A stretch of DNA of 64,000 nt from contig KZ538184.1 of NCBI GenBank assembly GCA_000934665.2, positions 1 to 64,000 of the forward strand, written 5' to 3'. The notes beneath the pieces were generated by a model. The model made no database searches. It saw nothing but the letters and a program-made list of their open reading frames with translations, and had not been told where the DNA came from. Made by a program: the position numbers and the translations under genes. Origin of the DNA: Catajapyx aquilonaris. Lineage: Eukaryota. Positions 50,915-64,000 of this stretch are shown one piece after another (the stretch's first letter is position 1; each line of letters opens with the position of its first letter).

Positions 50915-51345
50915 TATTACTCTTATTGTAATTTTTACGTAATCAGTACCTTTTATATTTTAATATAATAATTTGTCAATTACTGTATTAAATTTTATGA
51001 TGTAAATTTAATAAACTTAATAATTTAACTTCAGTTAATTTCCAACCATTTCATTATTAGCAACATTAATAGTCAGCCGACAACTATACTTGTATGGAAT
51101 ATCACCATTACCACTTTAATTTAAGAGATATTAATGAGAAAACTTAAATACTTCATAATAATTTGCGTTAATTTATAGAGCTGTGCAATCTTTATATTGT
51201 AATTATGAGCAATCATTAGCAACTCGTTTCATTTTATTTATCAATTTTTATTAATAGCTAATTTAACAGCCAGATGACAAATATTAGCATGGAATATTAC
51301 AATGTTTAAATTTTTCGTTAGTTTAATTAGACAAATTTCATTTCA
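50915..51345. repeat. Diverged AT-rich repeat, inverted partner of 47850-48290
   Basis: See the partner feature. Confidence 0.7.
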
Positions 51346-54300
51346 ATTTAATAATTCAGTCTTAACTAGCATAGGATTTTTTTGCCATTTTGGATTACAT
51401 TGTGTGCCAACAATATAAGGTTGAAAATTTTATCATCTACGAGTAACACCCATAGCCTATCTATTTTTTTATTATTTTTTTAAAATTTTATCTATGATTT
51501 TATTTACCCCACAAGGCCACATAGCCTATCAATTTTTATGCTCTATTAAAATTTCTCGCCAACACTGATTAAGATCGAATGGACTCTATCGTACGTACTG
51601 AAGTAATGTTTGGAAAAACCTGTCTAAATGCAAACCTTGCGTCTCTTGGACCGTCTCTTTGAAGTGAGGTAAACAGCTGGTGGACTTGCCCAAATAAACT
51701 GGTGGTGCTGCTCAGCTTTTTAGCCACCGCAGGTCGTTTCCGCAGCAGTCGCGTTTTTTTCTGAGCAAGGTCACACTCGTGTTTCAGCCACAGTGTGACG
51801 TAAACAGCCCTGTTAATTACGACCCTCCATCGTGCAAAAGGTGAATCTTCTGAACTTTCTGAACTTCTGAACACAGCAGACGTTGTTTCACATTTCTGAG
51901 GCGAGTGGGCCAGTGTGTATACAACGCCAGCTCATTAACACTACTAACTTACAATCAACCTTGAGTTTGCTTTTAGCATTAAATCCACATCCATTTCCGC
52001 ACAGCTCAGCAGTACTTTTAAGTTTCTTTTTCTGTCCAGGAATAGCCCTTCGCGCACCTGGTCTGGAAAAAGTTAAGATTGATTGCTGGGTCAGCTGCAC
52101 CTTACAGAATCCACGGAGAAGAAGTAAAAACCATTCTTAATCTGTCTAAATCAACAGTGACGGGCCGGTTAATTACTCCCAAGTGCTTTATACCCTCTAG
52201 TTATTTTTTTTCCTTCAAAGTGCGAAATAACTCAATATCAAATTTTGAAGAACACATTTGGGACCCATTTGCATTCACATTTTCCTCCAGACCTCTTGGC
52301 TGAGTCGCAGTTTATCAACCAGTAGCCAATACCCATCGCACTTGCTGAATGACCAATGAGAAACTAGATCGTACCGGTTTGGAGGGGGGGGGGGGGGAAA
52401 CTGGATTGTTTTCCCTAGCAACCACACATTCACATTGGGCGCAAAAATTCTTCTTTTTAACTCTGTACAGTCTGCAGCGCAGTATTTACTGGCAGTTTTT
52501 TTTTTCTCCACAAGTTTTCTGGGTTTATACACTCTGGTGTTCATAAAGGGGAACCCGTTTGCCTCAGGAAGTGCCAAAATTCCGTATGTTTAAGGATGGA
52601 CATTATTTTTAGAGCTGCTGGACCTTTTGCGGGAGTACACGTTTCCGCAACTTTATGATCCGGCTTGAGAGAAAAAGAGAAACAAAACAAGGATATATAC
52701 AGAAGAATGTGTTGAAAAAAGTGGGTGTTGAGATCTTAAAAGTGAGTTTAAGTTTGTGAGCCATAATAGTTACTAAAATGCAATTATTAACTTTAAAAAT
52801 ATTGCGCAGATTGTTCTTCTGCAGTAGATCGTGGCATCCATGGCTTCAACTATTCTTTAAGTGTTTTACTTGATAATTGCTGTAGCACGTGGCACGATCC
52901 GGAGAAAACTCGATTTCCTCCCGAAGTAGCTTTAATATAGAAAGGAGAAAAAAAACCTAACCAATTGCATAAGACACGTGTAGGAAAAAGTGAGAACGTG
53001 TTGACTAAAAGTGCAAACTTCCTCACAAACATTCCTTGCTATAAAAATTAGTCTCATAATTCTGACGAATTTAGACTGGGTAATTATCGTATATATAATA
53101 CATCACGTTGAATCCGGAGAAAAAATTTGCCGGATTTAACAATACACGAACCATTAAAAAAGTAACATTTTGGTGGTATTAAAAGTTAAAGACTAATTTA
53201 GTGCGAACAGGTTGGTTACAATATTAATATATTAACGTGTAGCAACAGGTGTGAACAGGATGATCCACACGTTGCAAAAATTTTCACGAAAATTCGCAAA
53301 CCAAATTGCAGCATAGTATCAGACTATAATTATTTGCATTATTTACAGTTTACACTGTTGGGTGTTATATTATATATTGCATTATTACAGTCTGAGGTTT
53401 GTTTTTCGTGGTTCATTTGCTAATTATGTGCTACTCTTCTTACCTCGTATTAATGACTTGTATAGCGACTTTGTTGAGATTACGATTCTTGCTGGAAAAC
53501 ATTGTTTTGCTGGCGGAAATTAATATTATAAAGATGTTGCTGCAGGGTAGATTTTGCATACAAGATTATTCTCATGGGCATTGTAACTTTCAGCAGATTT
53601 AGCTTGTGCACATTACTTGGGCTCTCCTTTTGCTGACAGGTCTATTATGCACATCATAATGACCAATTACTTTAGATCAATATTCAGCCGCCTCTTTTCC
53701 TTATAAAGCAATAACATTTATCTTTCCTGCGGAACCGACGTCGTGTCGATGCATATCCGAAGCAGAGTAAACATCGCCAAAATTGACTGCATCCGATTGG
53801 AGGTATTTCGGTTGGAACATCTCCATCCCAACATGCTATAGGAAGACTGCTTGGGTTGCGACGACGCAGTGGAATATTTGCGAGGATTGGCGAGGCAGAC
53901 TTAGTTGTAACACGGGCCTGGGGCTGTACAGAAGACCGATGGAACACGCACCGGTAGCACGTGGACCTGGCCAGTGATACATGGTTACACAAAGGGACCG
54001 GAAAATAATTTCTTGGGGAGGGGGACATTTTCCCTTGGGTGAGTTACATGGCACGGATTCATTAAAGGAGGGCATGAAATTGCATGCGAATTAATGGGAA
54101 AGGTGGCAGCTGGCTTCGATTCTGGGTTGGTGTCATTCTTTGTTGCTTGATGGTGTCAGTACATGCAGCAAGTAATGGACAATTTCATAAGCAATCGACA
54201 GAACTTAAACTTAAATACTGTGTCAATATGGTCTAGATTTATTTCGATTTTTTTGTCAATTTAGCAATTGTATCGAAAGTTAAAATTGTTGCATTTCTTG

Positions 54301-55402
54301 CTTGAAAGTGCGGTGAATGCGTGCAAATTTTGTATGGTTAAATTTATGTGTAACAATCAGACGCTTTTCCTATGCAAAGTGTTCTCTTGGCGCCGCGGAA
54401 TTTTGTATAGGAATTTCAGTGCTTGTAGAGTGTAACAGAAACATTTGACTTCATTACAGATATGTTACTGTACTTGCTACGATGGGACGTGTAGGTTAAT
54501 TAAAAATTTCGCTTAAAATAAGCGGTGATCCACGAATTCATCATGAAGCTCGGTTTCAAACGCAACCTTCAAAATATATAGTGAGCAAACATCATTTAGT
54601 GAGTATTTGTATTTGTCAACGACTGACATCGCCCTGTAATAATGTCCGAATTGTATGACCGGAAATATCCGCTTCTTCTGTAGTCTTCCTTTGCCTAACA
54701 GGAAGCTTGTTTAAGTGAACGTAAGTGAGCTTAAGTGAACATGTGTTGCAAAGCGATAAATTCAACTACTGAAGAAATAAAAAATGTTCGGGCAAGGTCG
54801 TTTATTGTGAACAGGTTAGCAGCTATTACGTTTTTCTGTTTGAAATTGCAATGCAAATTAGAAATCACTCACTCGAATATTTCGATTAACTGCACATTTC
54901 ATAGGGGGAACTTCAAATGTTGCGAAAGTGTAGGTCACCTCATATAATGTAATAATTAACTGGAAAATTTGCGAAAATATTCGGAATAATTTTACTGACG
55001 ATTTACACTACATTTCCTGGCAAAAGTTAGGCAATAATTGCACACACTGCCCTGCATCATTAAACTCAAAATGAAGCACGTACTACCATGAATGTTTCAA
55101 AGCGAAACATTTCCCCCGCTCAATAATTATACTGTACATATTACCTCACCCACATTAATAACATCCAATCGCATTCCAACGTGTACCAAAGTATGAAGGA
55201 CATTCCTGCTTAAAATTTTTGTGACACTGGAATATATGCCAGTTAGCTCCATTGTTATTCAACTTGACAGAAAATGTGACTTTTTTCCTCCCCCTTAAAA
55301 CTTCCATCAGACCATTCTGAGCCAGCCAGCATTTGCTGGAAAAAAGGTGTGACTTATGCAGTTCTTTTTTTTGTGTGTGACTTTTCTGACCTCTGAACTT
55401 TT

Positions 55403-55406
<4 letters not shown>

Positions 55407-55454
<48 letters not shown>
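55407..55454. repeat. (CT)n microsatellite
   Basis: Direct reading. Confidence 0.95.
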
Positions 55455-55457
<3 letters not shown>

Positions 55458-57651
55458 CCTTCTACCCGCCGATATTTGTTCAAAAGTGCGGCTCCTTTCG
55501 ACTGTGAGCCCCGCATGTCTTCTCTCAAAATGGAATCTTTTAGCATGAATCACGCTGACTTGGCTCGTGCTTTGTGTAACTTACTTGAAGATAAATTCTG
55601 TAAGCCACATCTATTTATTTAAGTACACATTTATTTCCCATACGTGCCACTCAGCTTAACTGTGTTCACTTAATATCTATTCCATCGATATGAATTAATT
55701 TCATTCCGAATATTGGTCTATATACCTATATCAAAAAAATTATTATCTTTTGGATTTTTAACACACAAAAAAAGGTATCTTTATTCAATCGATGGCCTGA
55801 ATGAGGTTTTGGCTCATCTCCATCTCGGCGTGTTAGGAAATAAATCTTTCCAGCCATAAATTGTCAGGCAAAGTCCGCAAATGGAAACGGTTATAGGTCT
55901 GCAAATCCCCGTTTGAATGGCGTTCAGAACTTGCAGCTTTAAAGGACGGCATATATTTTTTCAAGCCTCTTTGCTTGGATAAACTGTGAATGAACGAAGT
56001 GTTTTTCTTGCCACAAAGTTTGGTAAAATAAGCAATTTAATGCGGGGCTAACAGGAAGTTATGCGCCAATATAATTCCGGATAATAAAATGATTGATGCA
56101 GCATCAAATTCGGTTAATCTGGCGATTATATGAGCGACAGTCTTCACCGAATTCACATGAAAATGTGCACACCAGCTTCTGTGGTTTGCTGTTTTTTTAC
56201 GAAAAAATTTGCACAAATCCGTCTGCTCAACAATAACGAATGATAATTAAACTGATGTGGTATGCGTCTCCAGCGCAATTTATGTACGATTTGCATAGTG
56301 ATTTATTGTTCGGTCGCATTGCACGATCACGCCAAATTGGATTTAAAATGATTGATAAACAGTATTGTACTGTACATCAGTGTCTGATGAGACCGATTCT
56401 ATACGTACGTAGTTCAAACGATCGATTTCCTCTTTCTGTAACCTCACCCGGAGGAGAGCATTCCGAGAAAAGACAATAGTTTAAGCAAGAAAAACTGGGT
56501 TGAATTCAATTTTTCGCGCAACTTTTCAGCCAATGTCAAGTTCGCCGAATTCATTTGCAAAATATTGCATTAAAAGGTTTCATTATAAGAAAAGTGGGTA
56601 TGAAAATGATCTTCTTGCAGAAGCCATTCAAATATTATTTTCCAGAAGAAGAACATCGTAGTTAATTATGGCAAGTTTGCATCTTTGGTATAATTAAGGA
56701 GAGACCTTTCCAGTGCATCAATATTGATGTATAGTTTTTTTTGTTACATGCGAATCATTCATGAAGTTAAGTAATGAGGCAAATTAATTCATTTATGATG
56801 TATACCTATACGCCATATTGTACAGGATCAGGCGAGCATTTCAGGACAAAGAATAATTACACAACAAGTCTGCCTGACTGAATAACGTCTGAAATAATTA
56901 CCGAGAAACTCTGATGCGTAAGTTCAGTGAAAGTTCAGCCCGCTGAATGGCCGTGTATAGATGCCAGCTTGCAATTTCCATGTAAATCTTGTAGTTAGGT
57001 TGTGAATTCATTGCAAAGTTCACAGTTCTCAGAATTCTCCCAGCTGATACAAGTTGACCCTGTAAAATGAAATCAACTCTGATCGTGATTTTTTATATCT
57101 TCAGATAGAGATATATTTATTTAGGACGTCTATGACTTATTTTCCTGACATGTTAAAAATATGATGATAAGTCCACAAAATTAAGCAAAGTTTATCGACC
57201 TCACATATTTTATTTCCCTCCAAAAAAATTCTCCTGGAATGAAAATTCTCCCCCCAAAAAAGAGGGGGGTCAATCCTGCGGGAATTCCGGGGCGAAATAT
57301 GAAGCATCCTGCCAGCACATTTTCTCTGGTCCCGAGGAAATTGATAATACAAAACATGACGTGATTTGCATACCCCTGCGGACCCTTATCTTTCCCATCA
57401 CGAAATTTTCTTACCATCACTTTTCCTGTGATCATTTTGGAGCCGCCCGCCGCGGAATTAAACTCAGGATGCAGAGTACGTCAAAAGGTGATCGTGCCGG
57501 ACATCTAATGCATGTTTTTTCCCCGCATATAACACAGTATGTATCAGAAATAAGCTGGGCAAACTTCTTAGTTTATACGTGCTTCATGCCCATTTGTATT
57601 TCATGACACCTTCACATAAAAGGTCCCCAGGCAACACTTCATGCATTCGGG

Positions 57652-57907
57652 TCACTTTTCATCCTTGTATGATGCAACCCAAATTACTAATGATGTCACA
57701 TCCTGATCATGGAAGATATCAGTAGTATCTATCCTATCAATTACGATATTTTTCATTTATTAAGTCAACATAAAACCATGGAGCTTGATGTTGACTTAGT
57801 AAATGAAAAATATCGTAATTGATAGGATAGATACTACTCATATCTTCCATGAGCAGGACGTGACATCATTAGTAATTTGGGTTGCATCATGCAAGGATGA
57901 AAAGTGA
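57652..57907. repeat. Near-perfect long palindrome / fold-back element (~123-bp arms, ~10-nt loop)
   Basis: 57652-57774 pairs with 57785-57907, with about six mismatches. Confidence 0.9.
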
Positions 57908-60900
57908 ACTTTCTCCTGTTGCTTACTGAAATCTATATGATACACCCTGTATATTTCCCTGCTTTAAATTCACGCCTGGCTTTGGGTTAAACGGCTCCAG
58001 TGAAGAATGTCGGGGGTCTGGGTTTTAAGAGGGTACAACTGAGGATGATGCCCGGGCTGGTGGTTGGTGGAATTCAATTTTCCTCGCCGTCTCTTCCTTT
58101 TTTTCTTCTTCACCACTTCCAATTCTGAAAAGGGCCAAGTGTTTGAGGCAGGAGAGAGAAGAAAATGCATGTCGAATGAAAAGTGGATTAGACTGCAGCT
58201 GCTGCCTTGTCGAATCTAGAAGGGTCGGGATATAAAAATTTTCTTAGATTCCACCACAAAGTTGGAACGTGCCAAACTTTTGTGAAAAGCTCTAGTGGCT
58301 CAAGTGCTTGAAACCGAAGCTTGAAGGCTTAATTATTTGCATGACAGTAATCTAATTAATATATGGTTCAGATCATACGTTTACAAAAAAAATGTAGATA
58401 TGTAAATATCAAACTTTGCTTCTACTTGTAGTATATAAATTCCTATGAAATAGTGTAGTGCATTAATCTTTCAAGCGATACGCAATGCAAGCTCTATTCC
58501 GTATTATCCCATCGCCATATGCTAAAAATACCTTGCTCTCCCGGAACGTATCCAACATTCTCAGAAATGGGATTACCATTTCAACGTAATGTGACATTTA
58601 AATAAGTCATAGCTCGCTAAAGGAGAGAAAAAAAAAGAAATGCAAGAGCTTATATTCTTCAGTAGACTCATAAAAAGTCCAATTCCAAATGCCTGGGAAT
58701 AGAAAAGGGAATGAAAATAGCCTGCGGATGATAAAGAGGAATGATCTTCAGGTCCCAAACATAGAAGCTAGAATTATAAATCGAGTTACAGATGGGCAAA
58801 GGGAAGATCGAAAAGGATTTTTTTTCATGCTCATCAGCCATTCAATATCTGGATTGAGGAGAAAAAAAAGGAGTGGAAATAGGGACCAAAATTGGCCCGA
58901 TTTGCTTCCTTATCTTTAACACTTTTCTCTGAACCGCTCTGTATTATCGGTGGGAGTTCACAGTTATTTGAAGGGGAAAGGTGCCAAGTTTATTCAAAGT
59001 TCTGTGTGTACTAAAGGCCATCTGGAGTTTAGCGGGACTTATAGACGCCAGTTGCAGTAATTTGCTGCCGAGGTGAATCTGGATAAAACAACTGTCATCG
59101 ATTTAAATTAATGGCCCTGGATATTTCAGGCTTTTCAACCCCCCCAAAAAAGGCATTATGATTCACAAACATTCAGATGGATCTTGAAAGGAAAGGTTGT
59201 GAAGCTTACAATAGAGACCTTTGTAGCCTCAAATAATTTATTATTCCTATATATATGGACAGCTGAATATTATCTGTGCTTTCGAATGACAGATCTATAC
59301 TTTTGGTCCATAGCATATTTTTTTTGCTATATTAAAGCAGCCATTGCGTTTTCTTCTGAGGTTGCTTTAAAAATTCATTTTTGCAACAGGTCAATTTTTA
59401 CGTCATTGTCGCCTCCTAAGATTTTCACGGGTACCAAAGTTATGAAAACTGACTACTCCTTTGCCGCTTCCTCGTTTCTTAATTAGTTCCACGCCGAAAC
59501 GGAGGACTCTTCATTTACAAGGTGAAGCCCATTTCGAAGCCTGCTTTTCTTGTGCCAAAATGAAAGGAGCTGCCTCCTCCCCCCCTTCCCTTCCTTATAA
59601 AATAATAAATTCGCCAATACGCCCCGTGGTTCATTAAGTTCCTGCACAGCTGATATTCTCACAAAGTTCCGCTCAATTTTGCGCATTCAATCGATGCTGA
59701 TATCAGATGAAGCGGTCTGAATTAATTGCTGGCCACAATAAAACGAAACTTTGGTAATAAATCATGCGCGGGTTGGTTGCACTTTGTCCTTTCCAGTTTT
59801 CCAAGTTATTTTGGGGTCAATATGAAAAGTGCTTATTTATAACCCAAGTATCGTCCCAATAGTTTTTCAGTTTACTGTCCAATAACACGAGCAGCTTTGT
59901 CTTTTATTCTGTCCAATCCAATCTGGCCTTGGACAATACCGTTCGCTTCGGAAGTATTTTAAGGTGTTTATAGGCTACTGTACCAGATATCGGTCGGTAA
60001 TAACCAAGAACACGCCTTATTGTCATTAGAAAGAATCGTAAAATGCAACACATCATATCGCGTGCGTACCACCAAACCATCAGAGGCCATAAATGTTCTC
60101 ATAAAATGAAACCACAGCATCCCGTTTACGTAACTCAAATTGTGCAGTGTACCAACTGGCACCATATCAATATTTTTTAAACCCGAACATATAAACCTAT
60201 AACTGGATTTTTTTCAAAGTTTTTCCGACTATCCTGTTCCGGAGTGTGTAGCAATCTGTATTGTTGACGAAAGTTTACACCGGAGACCCCCATTTATTTT
60301 CAGAGAGAAAATCCTGTCGATAGTGTTGTTGTATAAGATGGGTCCCCTCTTCGCAGTATTTACCGCACGAACTTGGGTTTAGATCCAATATGTCAAAGTC
60401 GCAATTTTGATCAAAACTTCAAAGAGTATAAAAAATGACAATATCCGGGGGCCATCTGTTAAAAGTTTCAAAAAGTTAGCAAGCTACTATATAGGCTTTG
60501 GAAAGTCGATCACTGTTAATTATACACGACTTAGTCAAGTATCTCTTCCCAAGATTGATTTTGCAGTGTTTCGCAATATTTTTATTGGGAGTTGTTCCTC
60601 ATATTATTATGTAAAAAAAAAGTTTTCAAATATCTGCTCCCTGAGTAGTGAAAAACAGAGCTCCAAAGTTGCATATTTGTTTGGTTCCTTGCTACCCCAA
60701 GCATTGGTCCAAACCTGGGTACAGCCTATGACACTTCCATCGTCTGATATATAGCAATTAGGCACAAAACGCATTAAGGGGCAGAGCACTATGAAATGAG
60801 CGTCGTAGCCTGGGCACACACACGAGCGTTTGTCACGCGTCCATCGATTCTCCAAGAGACTGTGTCTTCATTACTAATTCACAGAGAACACTTGCGGTAA

Positions 60901-61444
60901 TGGGACTAGTGTGAAGAATTTCCGACGAGCAATTTGAAGCTTTAATCCGATCCAAGTTCTCACTAAGCTCGAGGTGAAGACTATACAGGGGCGGAGGCTA
61001 TGGAAATTGGTGACGTCTTGTCTTGTGAAGGATTCGTTGACATTTGCAACCGATTTGAATAGGGGATTGAGCTGAAAAGGGAGGAATGTTTGGGGGGGGG
61101 GGGGGCTAAAATAATGTCAAATTCTTTGTTGAGGTCACCTTATTCATTCGAAGCTTAGGCATGGAATTTTATATTCTAAAAATCCTTGAGAAGGTAGTAA
61201 AAAAGTTTCAAATTGAATTTTCAAGCTGGTGCTATATATGAAACGGTCCTGAAGTTATGACCTCATCATTTTAAACAGGCATAGTTTGTGAATTGCACTT
61301 GTGAATTGCACACCAACCTTAGCATGCGCAGTAGTATGCTTGCAGAGCGATTCAGAATATATAATAAGAGGAAATATCTGGGCAGAGGCGGGCTGATCGT
61401 GACGTCATATCATTCCTAGTAGATGATTTTTTTACTAGTGCAAC

Positions 61445-61625
61445 AAAGTGCGCACCACATTTCGCACAGAGTGCAAGGTTGGAAATATCAATGATAGCTA
61501 GTAAACTTGTATATAGTGGGTGTGCTGGCCTGCACTTATTTCCAACGCTACGCTTGGAGGGGGGGGAGGAGCTGCGCGGGTGTGGCTGCGTACTCGGTTG
61601 CGCTCGTAAAAATTTAACTACAGTA
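61445..61625. mobile_element. Dispersed repeat/MITE family A, copy 3
   Basis: Same blocks as the copies at 21005 and 49020. Confidence 0.65.
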
Positions 61626-62907
61626 CCAAAAGTTAGCGTACTATAGAGGCTGTTTCTTGAACTGACTCGCTCAGAGAGAACAAGCTGGAAACACATCAAG
61701 GCAAACGCATTGTAAAGAATTTTTTGAATGTAGTTTCCGCCACTCGAAATGTGCCTCTGTCTGGTCGTGTGTATGTAGACATATACTGTGTGCCACCAGC
61801 ACTCAGAAAGTTTCCCTTGGCACTTTGGCAGAGTGGTGAAACTAATCCTAACTGTCACCCCAAAGATGGCAAACTCCCCAGGAGACAACCCCAAGGAATG
61901 CCAGTGTGTCGTAGATAAAGGTGACTTCATGTGCCTCCAGATAGTTACAGGGTGGTACCAAAAAAGAAAAAAAAGTGTCATTAACTGGAGTTGGCTGCAG
62001 TCAAATGTGCTTTCAGTGCCTATGAAGTGTCACAAAATCAGCAGGAGATGAATCTAGGACCGGATTTTTCAAGGTCACGTCTCTATAGCCTTCATCTGGG
62101 CCCCTTGTTTTACGAGCCTCCGGATATTCCTCCAGAACTCATCACATTTTGACTGGAGCTTTTCACCTTGCACGTGTGGCCTCCTGCCAACGCCTTTTTG
62201 ACGTGATGTCGATATTTTTTGACGGGAAGGAAAAGAACCCAATTTTGGTTGTCATGACTTGAGGACTATACTAATAACGGACCCATCCCAATATTCATGA
62301 ACAGAATGTGTGTGTTCTCTTCTAGAATATAATATAAAAAAGAATTATGTATGAGCCATCCCACTCACACGCCTACACATTGATGTACGCGTATAAAATG
62401 TGTGGGCATTATTAACGTGGTCTGCATTATATGATACGAGATCGTAGATAAATAAAATATAATGAGTCACAATGTGGGTTTGAATAATTTGTGAATAATG
62501 CTTGCTACATCATCCAAAGTAGCTCTAATCATGACAATTTCAGTGAATTTCGGACGTTTGAAGTTCGCAATTTTCTGCGAAATTCACCGAAATTGTCTCG
62601 ATTAGAGCACTACTTTTTTGGGGATAATGTAGCAGGTATTATTGAGACTCACAGTGTGACTTGTTCAGAATTTTTCATGTTATTTATTTATTTACTTGAT
62701 GCATTTTTCAAAAATTAGATTTCAGTGAATTATTTTGGAAGTCTTAAGTTCGAAGTTCGCAATTTTCTCTGAAATTTACTGAAATTGTCATAATAATTCG
62801 AGCACTATTTTTGGGGGGGTGATGTAGCAAGTTACCAAAGTCCTACAGTATAGATGAAGTGCGAGCATTTTGAAACGCTTTGTATTGTGCAAAGTTTGTA
62901 CATGATG

Positions 62908-63111
62908 CAAAGTACATGTGATATGAGGAGAGGACAACAAGTGTTGTGCAAACACTTCTTCAAAACAATGCAGTCGTGCATAATTTGTGAACTGTTTATA
63001 ACGTGCAATTATTGTTGACAAAATAATTGCATGTTATAAGCATTTCAGATATTATTGAAGAAGTGTTTACACAACACTTTTGTTGTCCTCTCGTCATATC
63101 ACATGTACTTG
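62908..63111. repeat. Imperfect inverted repeat (MITE-like), next to a diverged tandem duplication at 62537-62830
   Basis: aagtacatgtgatatgaggagaggacaacaagtgttgtgcaaacacttcttcaa pairs with ttgaagaagtgtttacacaacacttttgttgtcctctcgtcatatcacatgtactt. Confidence 0.75.
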
Positions 63112-64000
63112 TTACTTACCCAGCAACAAGTAAACTGGTTGATAGGTCTGCTACTGTTAAAAATGAATCTCCTTTTTTCTATTCTAACTGCCATCATCTG
63201 TTAGCCAGATAAGACTCCGAGCTAAGAAATCAAGGCGTCACATATTTCACCACGAAACCAGATTGGAAAAGGACAGTGTCATCAGTCAGTCAGAGAGAGA
63301 AAAAAAAGACCTTGCTCCGGAAAGACTACACAAAAGAGATCCGGAAGACATGGCCCCCGGATTCCACCCACGCTGCTTACAACACATGAATGCGAATTAT
63401 GTTCCTGACTTGTTATCCGGAGCAAAAACTGCTTTTGACGCAACCAAGGTTGGGTCTTATTAAATCTGGGGTAATCTACCCTGTAATGAACATATACTTA
63501 AATATTTGGCCCGCCCCAAAAAAGTGTGTCAATGGCATCATCACTAATTGCTGGCACATTTCTAGCAGCGTCTTGCTCAACCAACCTTCAGTTTGAAACT
63601 AATGACATGATGCCTTCAAAATGTAACACCCTGTATCTTTCACCAGTGGGCGTAATATTGCAAGTTTGATTCAAATTGTGCAAGTTGTGGAAAGACCCGT
63701 GTTTAACGAGCCATATATACGTAGGCGGGTTTTCACCCCCCCCCCCCCCCCCCCCTCTGCGAAAATTGATTCGATNCCCCCCTGCCCCCCTCTGCGAAAA
63801 TTGATTCGATATATCACCTCATCACACCCTGTGATAATCGTTGCAACTATCATTTTGCGCATTAGACCCTGATGCCTGTCACATTACCTGGGCGTTAACC
63901 TATGAGCACATTAAGGGTCGTTTCCATTTCGGCTACATCTTTTTTTTTAAATTGGCTATGACTATGACTCGTCACCAACATGCATGCAGTACTAATTTTC

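Noticed and set aside
53740..53980. Coding-like patch faintly resembling a death domain (ASDWRYFG)
   Set aside because: Too short and too broken to support.
61352..61981. 209-aa minus-strand ORF
   Set aside because: It runs across two repeat copies and shows no coding bias.
61866..63448. Short ATG-to-donor segments (61866-61920, 63350-63448) as first exons
   Set aside because: Donors are modest, phases differ and no partner exons are visible. Expected by chance.

Overview
AT-rich animal (probably invertebrate) genomic DNA, not prokaryotic: there are spliceosomal introns, MITEs and Helitron fragments, microsatellites and a 58-nt assembly gap. Three spliced + strand genes can be rebuilt by hand with consistent exon phases. 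(1) A ~1170-aa acidic/coiled-coil scaffold with MISP/AKAP2-type repeats and an AKAP2_C-like tail (about 10445-37733). It has a phosphotyrosine/EPIYA cluster and probable alternative first exons. (2) A 502-aa divergent tektin (39458-41693) with RFX X-boxes upstream. (3) The mitochondrial M48 metalloprotease OMA1 (42667-45794, 406 aa). The most interesting observation is a short ORF with strong GC3 codon bias and a hydrophobic C-terminus (42292-42546). It lies in an exon apparently spliced onto the OMA1 start exon, suggesting a bicistronic microprotein-OMA1 mRNA. Other features are a decayed ankyrin/SOCS-box-like relic nested in an intron, a triple X-box cluster in apparently gene-free DNA, and several fold-back elements. 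All family calls come from motif recognition by eye; no searches were run.
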